DNA of 64,000 nucleotides, taken from positions 259,244-323,243 of the forward strand of contig JBAZKC010000001.1 of the NCBI GenBank assembly GCA_041651035.1. The letters run 5' to 3'. This stretch comes from Candidatus Omnitrophota bacterium (GTDB lineage: Bacteria > Omnitrophota > Gorgyraeia > Gygaellales > Profunditerraquicolaceae). The notes beneath the pieces were generated by a model. The model did no database searches. It saw only the letters and a list, made by a program, of their open reading frames with translations, and was not told the origin of the DNA. Shown here piece after piece: positions 55,484 through 64,000 of this stretch (position 1 is the stretch's first letter; every line of letters begins with the position of its first letter). Both the position numbers and the translations under genes were made by a program.

Positions 55484-56410
55484 TTAGATGAGAAGCTCTA
55501 AGATCTTAAGATTGGCTTCTTCGTTTGTAGCGGTTATAAAAGATTCAGGGAATTCTTGCGCGTTAATTTCTTTAGGATGGTCTAATCTTGAAAAGAACCC
55601 CTTACATTTTCCTGCCAGGGAAATCTTAGAATAATCCCCGGTTATATCCATCCCGATTATATCCAGATTATCTTTTATCAGCCTAAGCATTAAAAGAAGC
55701 TCGTCCAAAGATAATCCCCCCTCTTCCCAATTGGTTAAAGCATGCTCCTGCTTCAGGCAATCTTTATCTATTGAGACATAAACCTGTTTTACGGGGAGGC
55801 GTTTTAGAATAGACGTAAAGAATCCCGTTAAGTCTTTGCCTTTGATCTGGTCCCAGTAAATTTCATCATAAAGAAACCTTTTCTTTGTCTCTATGGAGAT
55901 ATTCTGGGGGATCCTTTTCAGGAAAACCGAAGATGGCCCGTGTGAATAAGGATAAATTTCTACTCTGTTGTCCTTAAGGGAACCTAGATTACCGGTTTGT
56001 ATCCGCCAGCTCGATATATCGCTGGAAGATATTCCCAGGAGGATGCATTTTAAAATATTCTTGTTTCTTAAAGTCCGCGTTACCCAGGAACCGCAGCCAA
56101 GGGACGGAGGCAGAATATCCCAATCCGGATGAGAATCAAAAACGATCAAACAAAAGGGTTCTTTAAACCGGCTGGCCAGGATATTGCTGATATGATGGAA
56201 ATCTCCGGAGCCTAAAAATGTTATAGAATTACTTGCCGAACCCTGTATCCGGAGGCTGACCTCATCCATCGCCTTCTTATCCATCCACAACCTTACTAAA
56301 GGGCCAAGATCAGACAGGTCTATGATCTCGGCTTTATACCGCGAAATGACCTTTTGTTGTTTTGTCAGGCTGTCGTCAAGATTAAGTATGCGGATAGATT
56401 TATTCAGCAT
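55484..56410 (-). CDS. arginase/deacetylase-fold (UPF0489-like) protein
   Basis: GSGDFHH, VFDSHPDWD and SIDKDCL motifs loosely parallel the arginase-family metal ligands. Confidence 0.4.
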   Translation of the reverse strand: MLNKSIRILNLDDSLTKQQKVISRYKAEIIDLSDLGPLVRLWMDKKAMDEVSLRIQGSASNSITFLGSGDFHHISNILASRFKEPFCLIVFDSHPDWDILPPSLGCGSWVTRTLRNKNILKCILLGISSSDISSWRIQTGNLGSLKDNRVEIYPYSHGPSSVFLKRIPQNISIETKKRFLYDEIYWDQIKGKDLTGFFTSILKRLPVKQVYVSIDKDCLKQEHALTNWEEGGLSLDELLLMLRLIKDNLDIIGMDITGDYSKISLAGKCKGFFSRLDHPKEINAQEFPESFITATNEEANLKILELLI

Positions 56411-56434
56411 AAGAAACGGCAGGAAAAACCTTGA

Positions 56435-56617
56435 TTAAGATTCTTTTGTTGCTTTGGAAAGCGCTTCTTCAAATAGATCTACACCAAGGTCTATCTCTTT
56501 TTCAGTAATGTATAGTGAAGGAGCTACGGTAAAGACGTTTTTATAATATCCGCCCACATCCAATATCAGGCCGCGCCGCTTGCCTGCAGTATTTGGCTTC
56601 CAGTTCCAGGAGCTCAT
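56435..56617 (-). pseudogene. C-terminal relic of a class-III (acetylornithine/GABA-type) aminotransferase
   Basis: The 60 aa ORF ...GLILDVGGYYKNVFTVAPSLYITEKEIDLGVDLFEEAL matches only the last ~50 residues of class-III aminotransferases. No upstream portion is present. Confidence 0.45.
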
Positions 56618-56668
56618 CCTGCTTTACCGGATTATCTATTTTAGGGCGGATGGCTATTTGTTTACTAC

Positions 56669-57340
56669 TCATCCTATGCTCCTTTTAAAATAATTATATA
56701 CGTCTTTTAAACTTTTATACGCGAAGCAGGTTGATTTAGTATCTCTATAATGCTTCAATAGGTCCGCTTTAGCAAATACAATATCCGCGTATTGGGAAGG
56801 GCAAACATCTGAATGCCCGTCTCCAATATAAATAATTATAGATTCTTTGTCCACGTTTGCCAAGAGGTTTTTTGTTTTACAATGAGCGCAGATCTGGCAG
56901 TTCTTGCTCCGGAAAGGAAAATACGGGATAAGCCTGTCTTTAGCGAAACGTAATTTGTTGGAATATATCTTCAGTTTCCTGATCCCGTGGTTATAATTTA
57001 ATACGCGCCTGAGAATGTAATCAAAGTTATCGCTTAAAACTATAGCCTTGACCTTTCTGGAGCTTAAGAGTTTGACCAGCTTTTTAAAGTAGGGATCCAG
57101 CTTAATACCTGCCAGATACTTATCCAGGGCGGCCTTGGTTATGTTCATTCCTCTTATCTGGCCTTCAAGGCAATCCCTAGAGCCGATCTTACCGCCTTGC
57201 CATTTCTTCTCCAATTCTACCCATAGCTCATCCCTGGAAAAGCAAGGAAGCATACTATCAAAAACATCGAATGTCGAGATAGTATTATCGAAATCAAAGA
57301 ATACGATACACTTATCCGGGTTTATTATTCTCATTGCCAT
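56669..57340 (-). CDS. HAD-superfamily phosphatase (MtnX-like)
   Basis: FDFDNT motif I and GDGHSD motif IV. I placed the start at the internal Met at 57340. The track ORF extends to 57397. Confidence 0.65.
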   Translation of the reverse strand: MAMRIINPDKCIVFFDFDNTISTFDVFDSMLPCFSRDELWVELEKKWQGGKIGSRDCLEGQIRGMNITKAALDKYLAGIKLDPYFKKLVKLLSSRKVKAIVLSDNFDYILRRVLNYNHGIRKLKIYSNKLRFAKDRLIPYFPFRSKNCQICAHCKTKNLLANVDKESIIIYIGDGHSDVCPSQYADIVFAKADLLKHYRDTKSTCFAYKSLKDVYNYFKRSIG

Positions 57341-57365
57341 AAGGTTATCTTTTCCGGCCTCTTTC

Positions 57366-58406
57366 TTAAGTTTCGTAGACGCCCGGCAGGGGAACATTAC
57401 AGAATGAACATCTGCCTTGCTTTATATTATACTCTAAAATACTAAAAATCTCCCGCTTAATCAATAACTTCCTGCAGCTAGGGCAGAATGTATCATCCCC
57501 TAAGCCATAAACATTGCCCGCGTATATATAGGCAAGACCGTATTTTTTACCTATATCCTGGGCTCTCTTAAGAGACGACTCAGGGGTAGGTTCATAGCCG
57601 GTAAATTTATAATCCGGATGGAACCGAGAGACATGCCAGGGCATATTCTTATCAACTCCGGCGATAAACCGGGCAATGCCGCTTAATTCTTCTTCGGAAT
57701 CATTCTCACCCGGCACAATCAGAGTGGTTATCTCCACCCATATGCCGTATTCCTTCATGGCCTTAATGGAATCTAATACCGGCTCTAAACTCCCTGCGCA
57801 GATCTTTTTGTAAGAACTATCTTTGAAAAATTTAAGGTCCACGTTTGCCGCGTCCAGGTACGGCCTTATCAGTTTAAGGCAGTCTTTAGTCATGAACCCA
57901 TTAGTAACAAAATTATTATAGAGGCCTTTCTCCCGCGCTAATTTGGCGGTCTCATAAGCGTATTCAAAGAATATTGTCGGTTCAGTATAAGTATAAGAGA
58001 CGCTCTTACACTTATTCCTTAGCGCGGCACTGACTATATCTTCCGGAGATAATTCTTCTCCGGGGGTAGCTTCCTCCGGGGACAATACCTGTTTCTGGCC
58101 TCCAAATGCGGCCTGCGAAATTTCCCAATTCTGGCAGAATCCACAGCGAAAATTACACCCGATGGTAGCTATGGAAAAGCTGAACGATCCCGGAAGAAAA
58201 TGATACAACGGTTTTTTCTCAATAGGGTCAACGTGCGCGGCGATAACCCTGCCATAAGCGCGCGTGTATAACTGTCCGCCGATATTCTGCCTTACCCCGC
58301 AAAAGCCAAGCTCCTTATCAATGATACGGCAGTGATGGCTGCAGAGATAACAATGGACCAGCCCATTATCCAATTTCTCGTAAAGTAAGGCTTCTTTCAC
58401 CGGCAC
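57366..58406 (-). CDS. AmmeMemoRadiSam-system radical SAM enzyme
   Basis: An N-terminal Cys cluster (CYLCSHHC) plus CNFRCGFC is typical of the AMMECR1/MEMO1-associated radical SAM family. Confidence 0.7.
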   Translation of the reverse strand: MPVKEALLYEKLDNGLVHCYLCSHHCRIIDKELGFCGVRQNIGGQLYTRAYGRVIAAHVDPIEKKPLYHFLPGSFSFSIATIGCNFRCGFCQNWEISQAAFGGQKQVLSPEEATPGEELSPEDIVSAALRNKCKSVSYTYTEPTIFFEYAYETAKLAREKGLYNNFVTNGFMTKDCLKLIRPYLDAANVDLKFFKDSSYKKICAGSLEPVLDSIKAMKEYGIWVEITTLIVPGENDSEEELSGIARFIAGVDKNMPWHVSRFHPDYKFTGYEPTPESSLKRAQDIGKKYGLAYIYAGNVYGLGDDTFCPSCRKLLIKREIFSILEYNIKQGRCSFCNVPLPGVYET

Positions 58407-58454
58407 CTTCTTAGATATTCGCCCCGGCCTTTTTTTAGTACAGTGTAGCGGAGC

Positions 58455-59459
58455 TTATACACGCAGGCCTATAAGTTCTTTTTCTTCGATGGGCGAAACA
58501 TTCAACAACTTATCTTCTGTTCCGGGGACCTTTCTATAAATTATATCCGCGTTGGCTGCGCTATTAAGGTCGCAATACCGGCTGGTTATACTGCAAGAGA
58601 GCCTGATCGACTCTTCATTAAAAATACCTCTTCCCAGGGAAGTGGGGCCCGCCAATTTATCATTAGGGAAAAATAAATAATCATCCCCTCTGGCTAAATT
58701 CAGCAGCCGCTCATTTTCTTTTTCATTTCTTCCCACCACCAGCTTAACTTTATCGCTCAGCCTGAAATGCCTGCCTACCTTAAGCAGCCAGACATTATCC
58801 AGATCCAGCTGATCATGGCGCATAAGTTCTTTTAAACGCTTGCTAAATTCCGGATCAGTCAAAAGGCAGCCTCCGCTGGGACAAGGATAATCGTTAACCC
58901 CTAATTCGCGGGCAAAAGCTATCTGCTCCCGCCTGCCTCTGCCGCTTATAGCAAGAAGTTTATCTTTCATGACCCAGCCTTGTTTTTCCGGGATACTCGG
59001 CTCCAAGACCTTAGCCGATAACGGGCGCAACACTAATCCTTCCAGGCCCGATTCCTTTTCAATAAGCCTCATTGTGTTTAATTTCTGGGACATCGGCCGC
59101 TGGCCCAACACCTCTCCGGTAATGACAAAAGACGCGCCCTCTTGCTGCATAGCGTCCTTGGCTTTCTTAAACAAAAGTATACGGCAGTCAATGCAGGGGT
59201 TCATATTTGAACCATACCCGTGCCTGGGCTTCTTTACGATCTCCAGGATCTCCTTTGACACGTTAACGCTGATTAACTTCAAGCCCAGGTCTTTAGCTAC
59301 CTGGGCTGCCCCGTGAAGGCAGCCTGTAGAGGATGGGTGGTTACAAAGGCAAAAAGGGCTTACTGTATTCAGGCAGACTAATTCTATGCCCAAATTCTTG
59401 ATCAATTTTGCGGCTAACGTACTATCTAAGCCTCCGGAAATCAAAGCAATGGCTTTCAT
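58455..59459 (-). CDS. PP-loop ATP pyrophosphatase family protein (ThiI/MnmA-like, no THUMP domain)
   Basis: SGGLDS PP-loop, NPCIDC and an extended C-terminal domain. Confidence 0.5.
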   Translation of the reverse strand: MKAIALISGGLDSTLAAKLIKNLGIELVCLNTVSPFCLCNHPSSTGCLHGAAQVAKDLGLKLISVNVSKEILEIVKKPRHGYGSNMNPCIDCRILLFKKAKDAMQQEGASFVITGEVLGQRPMSQKLNTMRLIEKESGLEGLVLRPLSAKVLEPSIPEKQGWVMKDKLLAISGRGRREQIAFARELGVNDYPCPSGGCLLTDPEFSKRLKELMRHDQLDLDNVWLLKVGRHFRLSDKVKLVVGRNEKENERLLNLARGDDYLFFPNDKLAGPTSLGRGIFNEESIRLSCSITSRYCDLNSAANADIIYRKVPGTEDKLLNVSPIEEKELIGLRV

Positions 59460-59751
59460 AGTTTTTGTTTATTATGAAGAAAAGAATTGGTTACCTGTCC
59501 GATAGGTTGGAAGCCGTCCTGTACTAGATTAAGCTAACAGGGGCCTGACGATTGACTTACTTATAGGCATAACAATACTTAAACCTTGCCAATCTTTTTC
59601 CTGCGCATAGGCCCTCATTCAGGCCGTCAATAAAGGTTATTCCGCTTGAATAGTTAATGATGCGGCCTTTATCCTAAGCAGGGTTTTCTTCCTTTGTTGG
59701 CCCGTTTTGAACGCCAGTTGAGTTTGCCTCTACGTTTACGTTTTCCCATAA

Positions 59752-60402
59752 TTAATATTTGTAGTAAGTTGTGGGCGTGGTTTTAGCTATATACTTCACT
59801 GCCTCAATAACACATACGCGTATTGCTTTCTCCATGGGCGTATTGGCGTAAGTAGATAATCCGCCAGCCAGTGTCCCAATACCAAGAGAACCCATCATAA
59901 CATTGCTGGAAACATCCGGTGCCTGGCCTTGAACCGAGTTTACCGCCAAGACCCCAGAAGTAGATGCCTCTACAATGCGTATATCCAGGCTTAGGTGCGC
60001 CTTATTCAAAGAAGAGCCCGATAATCCTCCCAGGCGGCCGCTGCTTGCTCCGCCGCCGCCGCCTATCCCCGCCCGGCCTCCCGAAAATTGAGGTTCGAAT
60101 TCTGTAACCGCTACGGTGATGATCAAATCCGCGTTCAATGCCTGGCGTTCAACCACGTTGAAACGATTGCTTTTAACCAGGGCGGTTACCAGCATTGAGC
60201 GTAAGTCGGAGCCCATCGCTCCGTTTGCCTTTGCTGTCTTGACATCAAAATCCGCTACCGCTATTCTTGCTTTAGCTCCGCTATAAGGGGCTAAATCCGC
60301 TATACCCGCGGCAGGAGGCCATATAATAGACTTAAGGCTGGAACAACCGGATAAGCCGATGATTAATAAGGAATAACCGACCAGGCATAAAATCTTCTTC
60401 AT
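59752..60402 (-). CDS. CsgG/LpoB-family periplasmic lipoprotein
   Basis: Lipobox (LSGC) and the RIAVADFDVKT...GSDLRSMLVTALVKSNRFNVVER family signature. Confidence 0.65.
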   Translation of the reverse strand: MKKILCLVGYSLLIIGLSGCSSLKSIIWPPAAGIADLAPYSGAKARIAVADFDVKTAKANGAMGSDLRSMLVTALVKSNRFNVVERQALNADLIITVAVTEFEPQFSGGRAGIGGGGGASSGRLGGLSGSSLNKAHLSLDIRIVEASTSGVLAVNSVQGQAPDVSSNVMMGSLGIGTLAGGLSTYANTPMEKAIRVCVIEAVKYIAKTTPTTYYKY

Positions 60403-60453
60403 CTGTTTTTTAATATATTACCAAATCCCGGATATGTCAAGATAAAACCGGCC

Positions 60454-61095
60454 TTAGAGCATATTTAACAATTCCGCGATCCGGGAGATAATCCGGTATG
60501 GTTTTTCTTTCCTTGCTTCCATAACGGTGCTTGATCCGGTGGTGACGATTACGGTGGTGATCCCGGCGCGCCTGCCGGCTTGGGCGTCTATGGCCATATC
60601 GCCCACATACACAGCCTGGGTTGGTTTGATAATAAGCCTGCGCGTGATCTTATTAAGGATGCCCGGACAAGGCTTGCCGCATTTTAATTTATCCGCGCAA
60701 AGGACATAGTCAAAATACCCTCTTAGTCCCAGGCTGCGGATGAGGATCCAGGAGAACTGCGTAGGGCGGTTACTGGCCACGGCAAGTTTATAACCTTTGC
60801 CCTTAAGGCAGTGTAATACTTTCTCTGCCCCGGGCAATAAACGAGAATATTTAACTAAGGCTGTTTTATGGTGCCGACGGTACAGAATAAGCGCTTTTTT
60901 AAGGTCTTTAGATTTTACAAACGGCTCTAAAAGGTTACTGTCTCCCCAGCCTACTGCCCTGCGGATAGTTAAGCTGTCCTGAGCTGAATAACCCAGTTTT
61001 TGCATGGTAAAATTAAAACTTTTGATTATCGCCCGGTAGGCGTCAACCAAAGTGCCGTCTAAATCAAAAATAACTAGTTTGATATTCTTAATCAT
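60454..61095 (-). CDS. HAD-family hydrolase (phosphoglycolate phosphatase-like)
   Basis: Begins VIFDLDGTL and ends GDMAID. Confidence 0.75.
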   Translation of the reverse strand: MIKNIKLVIFDLDGTLVDAYRAIIKSFNFTMQKLGYSAQDSLTIRRAVGWGDSNLLEPFVKSKDLKKALILYRRHHKTALVKYSRLLPGAEKVLHCLKGKGYKLAVASNRPTQFSWILIRSLGLRGYFDYVLCADKLKCGKPCPGILNKITRRLIIKPTQAVYVGDMAIDAQAGRRAGITTVIVTTGSSTVMEARKEKPYRIISRIAELLNML

Positions 61096-61187
61096 AAGGA
61101 GTATAAATTGTGCCCCCGCTTAAAAACAAAGGCAGGGAGTTAACCCCGCCTAATTATTTTTGGTAACTATAGCGCCGGCTGCCTCAA

Positions 61188-61607
61188 TTACTCGGCAGGC
61201 ACGGCTGCCTTTTGTTCCGTAATACTGCCTTCCTGCGCACCCTGCATATTCTCGATCTTCTCTACGCTTATATTCTTGGCAATGTTCTTACCGTCCGGGC
61301 TGACTACGTAATCAATGCTTACGGCGTCGCTTAGCTTTAATTCATCTAAGGATTTGATATTTTCATAGGTTGTCGCGTCAGCTATGCTGACATTAATATC
61401 TTTTTCCTGGTCTGTCTCGTAATCTAAGTATTTGACCAAGATCGTTCTAGCCTGCGCGTCCAGAGCGCTTACCTCGCCCCAGACCCATTGCGTATCCGGA
61501 TTATCCTGGCCCTCCTGGCTAAAAACTAAATTCGTGCTTATAAATACTAAGAAAACCGCGATACATAAAATCAGGATTCTTCTATTTTTCATCCCCCACC
61601 TCCTCAA
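61188..61607 (-). CDS. hypothetical secreted protein
   Basis: Signal peptide present. No recognisable domain. Confidence 0.4.
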   Translation of the reverse strand: MRRWGMKNRRILILCIAVFLVFISTNLVFSQEGQDNPDTQWVWGEVSALDAQARTILVKYLDYETDQEKDINVSIADATTYENIKSLDELKLSDAVSIDYVVSPDGKNIAKNISVEKIENMQGAQEGSITEQKAAVPAE

Positions 61608-61670
61608 ACAAAATCAGCTTATCACGGAAGGAATATCTTGTCAAGTTCATATCCCCGCTTTATTAGCTGA

Positions 61671-63053
61671 TCATCTATAAAAAGGCAGGAATATTAAAGC
61701 GGCCCACACCACCACAGTCGTGACTACTCCAACCGTAAGGCCCACCCAGAACCAACGAAAGAACGTTATATGGATATTCTTTTCTTTTTCTAAAATCCCC
61801 AGGGCAACGATATTAGCGGTTGAACCAACAATGGTAATGTTCCCGCCAAAACAGCCGCCAAAAAGCAAGGCCCACCATAGAGGTGATAAGTTTAAGCCCA
61901 GGTTTTGGAAGCTCTGAATAACCGGGATAAACGCCGCTACCAGCACCACATTGTCTAAGATACTGGAACCTATGGCTGAGAACCAAAGGATTGCCCCGAT
62001 TAAAACCGAAATGTTGTTTTTCGCCAGGCCCGCTAAGTTCGCGGCTAAAACATCCGTGGTGCCGGTAAATTTAAGGGCGCCTGCCTGGGCAAAAAGGAAC
62101 ATGAAGAACAACAACGTCCACCACTCCACATCCTTTTCAATATACTCACGGGCTTTCTTCCATTTCCAGATCATCACACATCCGCTTGCTAAAAGCGGCA
62201 TGGTAAATAATATCGTATTGGGCTCCAGGTTCAAAAGGAGCTCAAGGCGATGGTGAAGCGCGATAAAAAACAGGGTCAGCCCGAAGATCACCAGGCTTAA
62301 TTTCAATTCCTTCTCCGGAGGAACAGATATAAGCCTGACCAGTATATCGTTGGCTCCCAGATATTTTATATGTTCATCCATTTGCCTGATTGATTTCCTG
62401 TACCATAGGATAACCAGGAATATCGCCACAACTAAACACACCGCCGCCAAAGGAAATGCCTTCATAATAAAATCTTCGAAAGTAAGGCCTGCCTTTGAGG
62501 CAATTAATATGCCTATGGGGTTGCCTAATACAGTGGCAGCGCTGCCGATATTGGTAGCAAGCACGGAAATAATTATAAAGGGGACCGCGTCAACCTCAAA
62601 GTAATCGCAAATTTCTAAAACCGCGGCGACTATAAAAATAATGGAGACAACTTCAGAGGTCACCGAAGAAAGAACCGCAGAAATAACGGATATGACCACA
62701 ATGAATTTAATAGCGGTCATGTTCTTTGTCATTAAAATCAGCTGGACTATCCAGGCAAAAAAACCTGCCCCCTTTAATAGCCCGACTAACACCATCATAC
62801 CGACCAAGAAAAGAATAACATCCAGAGAAGCGAATTTTATCACGTGTTCTAAGTCGATTGTATGGGTTAGTAACAATACGGATGTGCCTAAGAAAACGAA
62901 GCCTAAGCGGAAGTCCCAAAAGAATAATGTCCCTAATATGGAAACGGTAAAGATTGATATGGCCAGCGATTGCTGGAAGTTTAAACCGGAGAGCTTAGTT
63001 ATGATCCCTAAGCCTGCTGACCCTATGATAAGAATAGCGAATTTTCTAAACAT
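61671..63053 (-). CDS. ArsB/NhaD-superfamily permease (paralog)
   Basis: 460 aa protein with about 12 TM segments. Confidence 0.65.
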   Translation of the reverse strand: MFRKFAILIIGSAGLGIITKLSGLNFQQSLAISIFTVSILGTLFFWDFRLGFVFLGTSVLLLTHTIDLEHVIKFASLDVILFLVGMMVLVGLLKGAGFFAWIVQLILMTKNMTAIKFIVVISVISAVLSSVTSEVVSIIFIVAAVLEICDYFEVDAVPFIIISVLATNIGSAATVLGNPIGILIASKAGLTFEDFIMKAFPLAAVCLVVAIFLVILWYRKSIRQMDEHIKYLGANDILVRLISVPPEKELKLSLVIFGLTLFFIALHHRLELLLNLEPNTILFTMPLLASGCVMIWKWKKAREYIEKDVEWWTLLFFMFLFAQAGALKFTGTTDVLAANLAGLAKNNISVLIGAILWFSAIGSSILDNVVLVAAFIPVIQSFQNLGLNLSPLWWALLFGGCFGGNITIVGSTANIVALGILEKEKNIHITFFRWFWVGLTVGVVTTVVVWAALIFLPFYR

Positions 63054-63067
63054 TGTTTCCTGTTTGA

Positions 63068-63526
63068 CTATTCTAAAGGCGCTGCTGTTTCTTTTGCCAG
63101 TGCCCTTAATATATCGCAGCGGGCGACAATTCCTGACATTCTGCCTGCCTTATCTAAAACGGGTATACGGCGGGCCTTCTGAGTAAGCATAACCCTGGCT
63201 ACCTCGCATAAAGTGGCGTCTTCAGTGGTCGTAACTACAAGCTTACGCATCAACTGGGAAACCTTTACTTTATTTAACTCGGCAAATTTCTTAGTGGCTG
63301 ACTTAGGATCCTCTTCATAAACAAACCTTCCTACTTTTTCTATATAGCCGGGCAATATATAAGAGAGGATATCTTTCTCCGTAAACATCCCCATCAACTT
63401 TCCTTGCGCGTCAATTACCGGCAAACCGCTGATCTTTTTGCTGAACAATAAGGCTAATGCTTCCTGGGCATCGACATCGGGATTGATACCGACTACATCC
63501 TTTGTCATTATCTCTTTCACTTTCAT
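63068..63526 (-). CDS. CBS-domain pair protein
   Basis: Two CBS motifs. Confidence 0.8.
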   Translation of the reverse strand: MKVKEIMTKDVVGINPDVDAQEALALLFSKKISGLPVIDAQGKLMGMFTEKDILSYILPGYIEKVGRFVYEEDPKSATKKFAELNKVKVSQLMRKLVVTTTEDATLCEVARVMLTQKARRIPVLDKAGRMSGIVARCDILRALAKETAAPLE

Positions 63527-63560
63527 TTAGCCCTCCCTTTTCTTGCGCAACCCCCCCCGG

Positions 63561-64000
63561 TCAAAAAATCTCTTTTAAGCGGGATCTTAGTTTCACATAA
63601 ATAAAAGCCGCAACCAGCGCCTTTAATAAATCTCCAGGTATGAAAGGGATAAAACCCATAAATAATGATTTCATCAAGGACTGCCTGAAGATAAAGCTAA
63701 GCCATATAATGCCGCTGGATAAAATAATCAGGGCTCCTATGAATAATATGGAGAAGGCCGCGAATAGATTATCCCGGCTGTATTTCATAAATTTGCCCAA
63801 AAAGAAAGCGGCGAGGATAAAACCAAAGAGATAGCCGCCCGTAGGCCCGAATAAATAAGATAACCCGCTTCCTGCCCCGGTAAATACCGGCAGGCCAAGC
63901 ACACCTAAGAAAATATAACTTAATTGGGTCACTGCGCCCAGCCTGCTTCCCAGGAACACACCCGAGAGTAAAACAAAAAAGGTCTGCAGCGTTAACGGCA
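63561..64000 (-). CDS. bioY: biotin transporter BioY (5' end beyond the window edge)
   Basis: BioY-like multi-TM sequence. The reading frame stays open from 63959 to the window edge and encodes ...PLTLQTFFVLLSGVFLG. Confidence 0.7.
   Translation of the reverse strand, partial: PLTLQTFFVLLSGVFLGSRLGAVTQLSYIFLGVLGLPVFTGAGSGLSYLFGPTGGYLFGFILAAFFLGKFMKYSRDNLFAAFSILFIGALIILSSGIIWLSFIFRQSLMKSLFMGFIPFIPGDLLKALVAAFIYVKLRSRLKEIF

Noticed and set aside
57366-58406. Complete AmmeMemoRadiSam three-gene system
   Set aside because: Only the radical SAM member is present. No AMMECR1-like or MEMO1-like ORF is found in the window, so only the single gene is called.
49415-63053. Two ArsB/NhaD-family permease paralogs (49415-50686 and 61671-63053) as a coordinated system
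   Set aside because: They are 11 kb apart, have different neighbours and share no regulatory motifs. They are treated as independent transporters.
1-64000. CRISPR arrays, integrases/transposases, prophage genes, rRNA
   Set aside because: No direct-repeat/spacer periodicity, no recombinase-like ORFs and no rRNA-like conserved stretches were seen in any part of the window.

Overview
This 64 kb window looks like a gene-dense chromosomal segment from a strictly anaerobic bacterium. About 88% is coding and nearly all genes sit on the minus strand. No CRISPR array, integrase, transposase or rRNA is visible. Reading from the start of the window: a complete Rnf ion-translocating ferredoxin:NAD+ oxidoreductase operon (rnfCDGEAB) and an MFS transporter; tRNA-Thr(CGU); a cold-shock gene with a structured leader. 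Then comes a compact twelve-gene, apparently Fur-led operon of small Fe-S and metallocluster-handling proteins. It encodes DsrE-like, ferredoxin, MBL-fold and IscU-like proteins, two paralogous MinD-type ATPases with inserted ferredoxin domains, a SAM methyltransferase, a ferritin-like protein resembling EncFtn that lacks a targeting peptide and a shell gene, two NifX/NafY-like proteins and two DUF5320 glycine-rich small proteins. I regard this operon as the most interesting candidate system in the window. Further on: tRNA-Phe(GAA), a phosphatidylserine-synthase-like enzyme and an NSS transporter; a cNMP-binding/ParA-like/patatin multidomain protein co-oriented with a lipoprotein and a MazG-like gene; and a GH1 beta-glucosidase preceded by a promoter, a ~180-nt structured RNA element and tandem terminators. 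Housekeeping genes follow (YqeY, PfkB kinase, PAP2, RluA, NadA, MnmA, a B12-binding radical SAM protein, three CspA paralogs, a TonB-dependent receptor, BirA). After that comes a sulfur-trafficking cluster: cysteine desulfurase, LarE-like PP-loop protein, NIL-ferredoxin plus the COG1900 methanogen-type homocysteine synthesis pair, Nfu, CysK, Thi4 and an Rrf2 regulator. An oxidative-stress island follows: a tandem monothiol DsbA-like protein, TrxB, a glutaredoxin-like protein, a PNPOx-like protein, an unannotated ferritin-like mini-ORF, a flavodiiron protein, an FNR-like reductase, a Tpx-PCD fusion and rubredoxin. The rest holds 2-oxoacid:ferredoxin oxidoreductase KorAB, transaldolase, a putative copper module (YHS permease plus a Met-rich membrane protein with a promoter-embedded palindrome), a strand-switched envelope-modification island (PagL-like, ArnE/F-like pair, FemAB-like, DegT aminotransferase, alpha/beta hydrolase), an aminotransferase gene relic, an AmmeMemoRadiSam radical SAM enzyme, a second PP-loop protein, a CsgG-like lipoprotein, an ArsB/NhaD paralog, a CBS protein and partial BioY. 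Every call rests on reading the supplied translations and the nucleotide sequence by eye; no searches were run.
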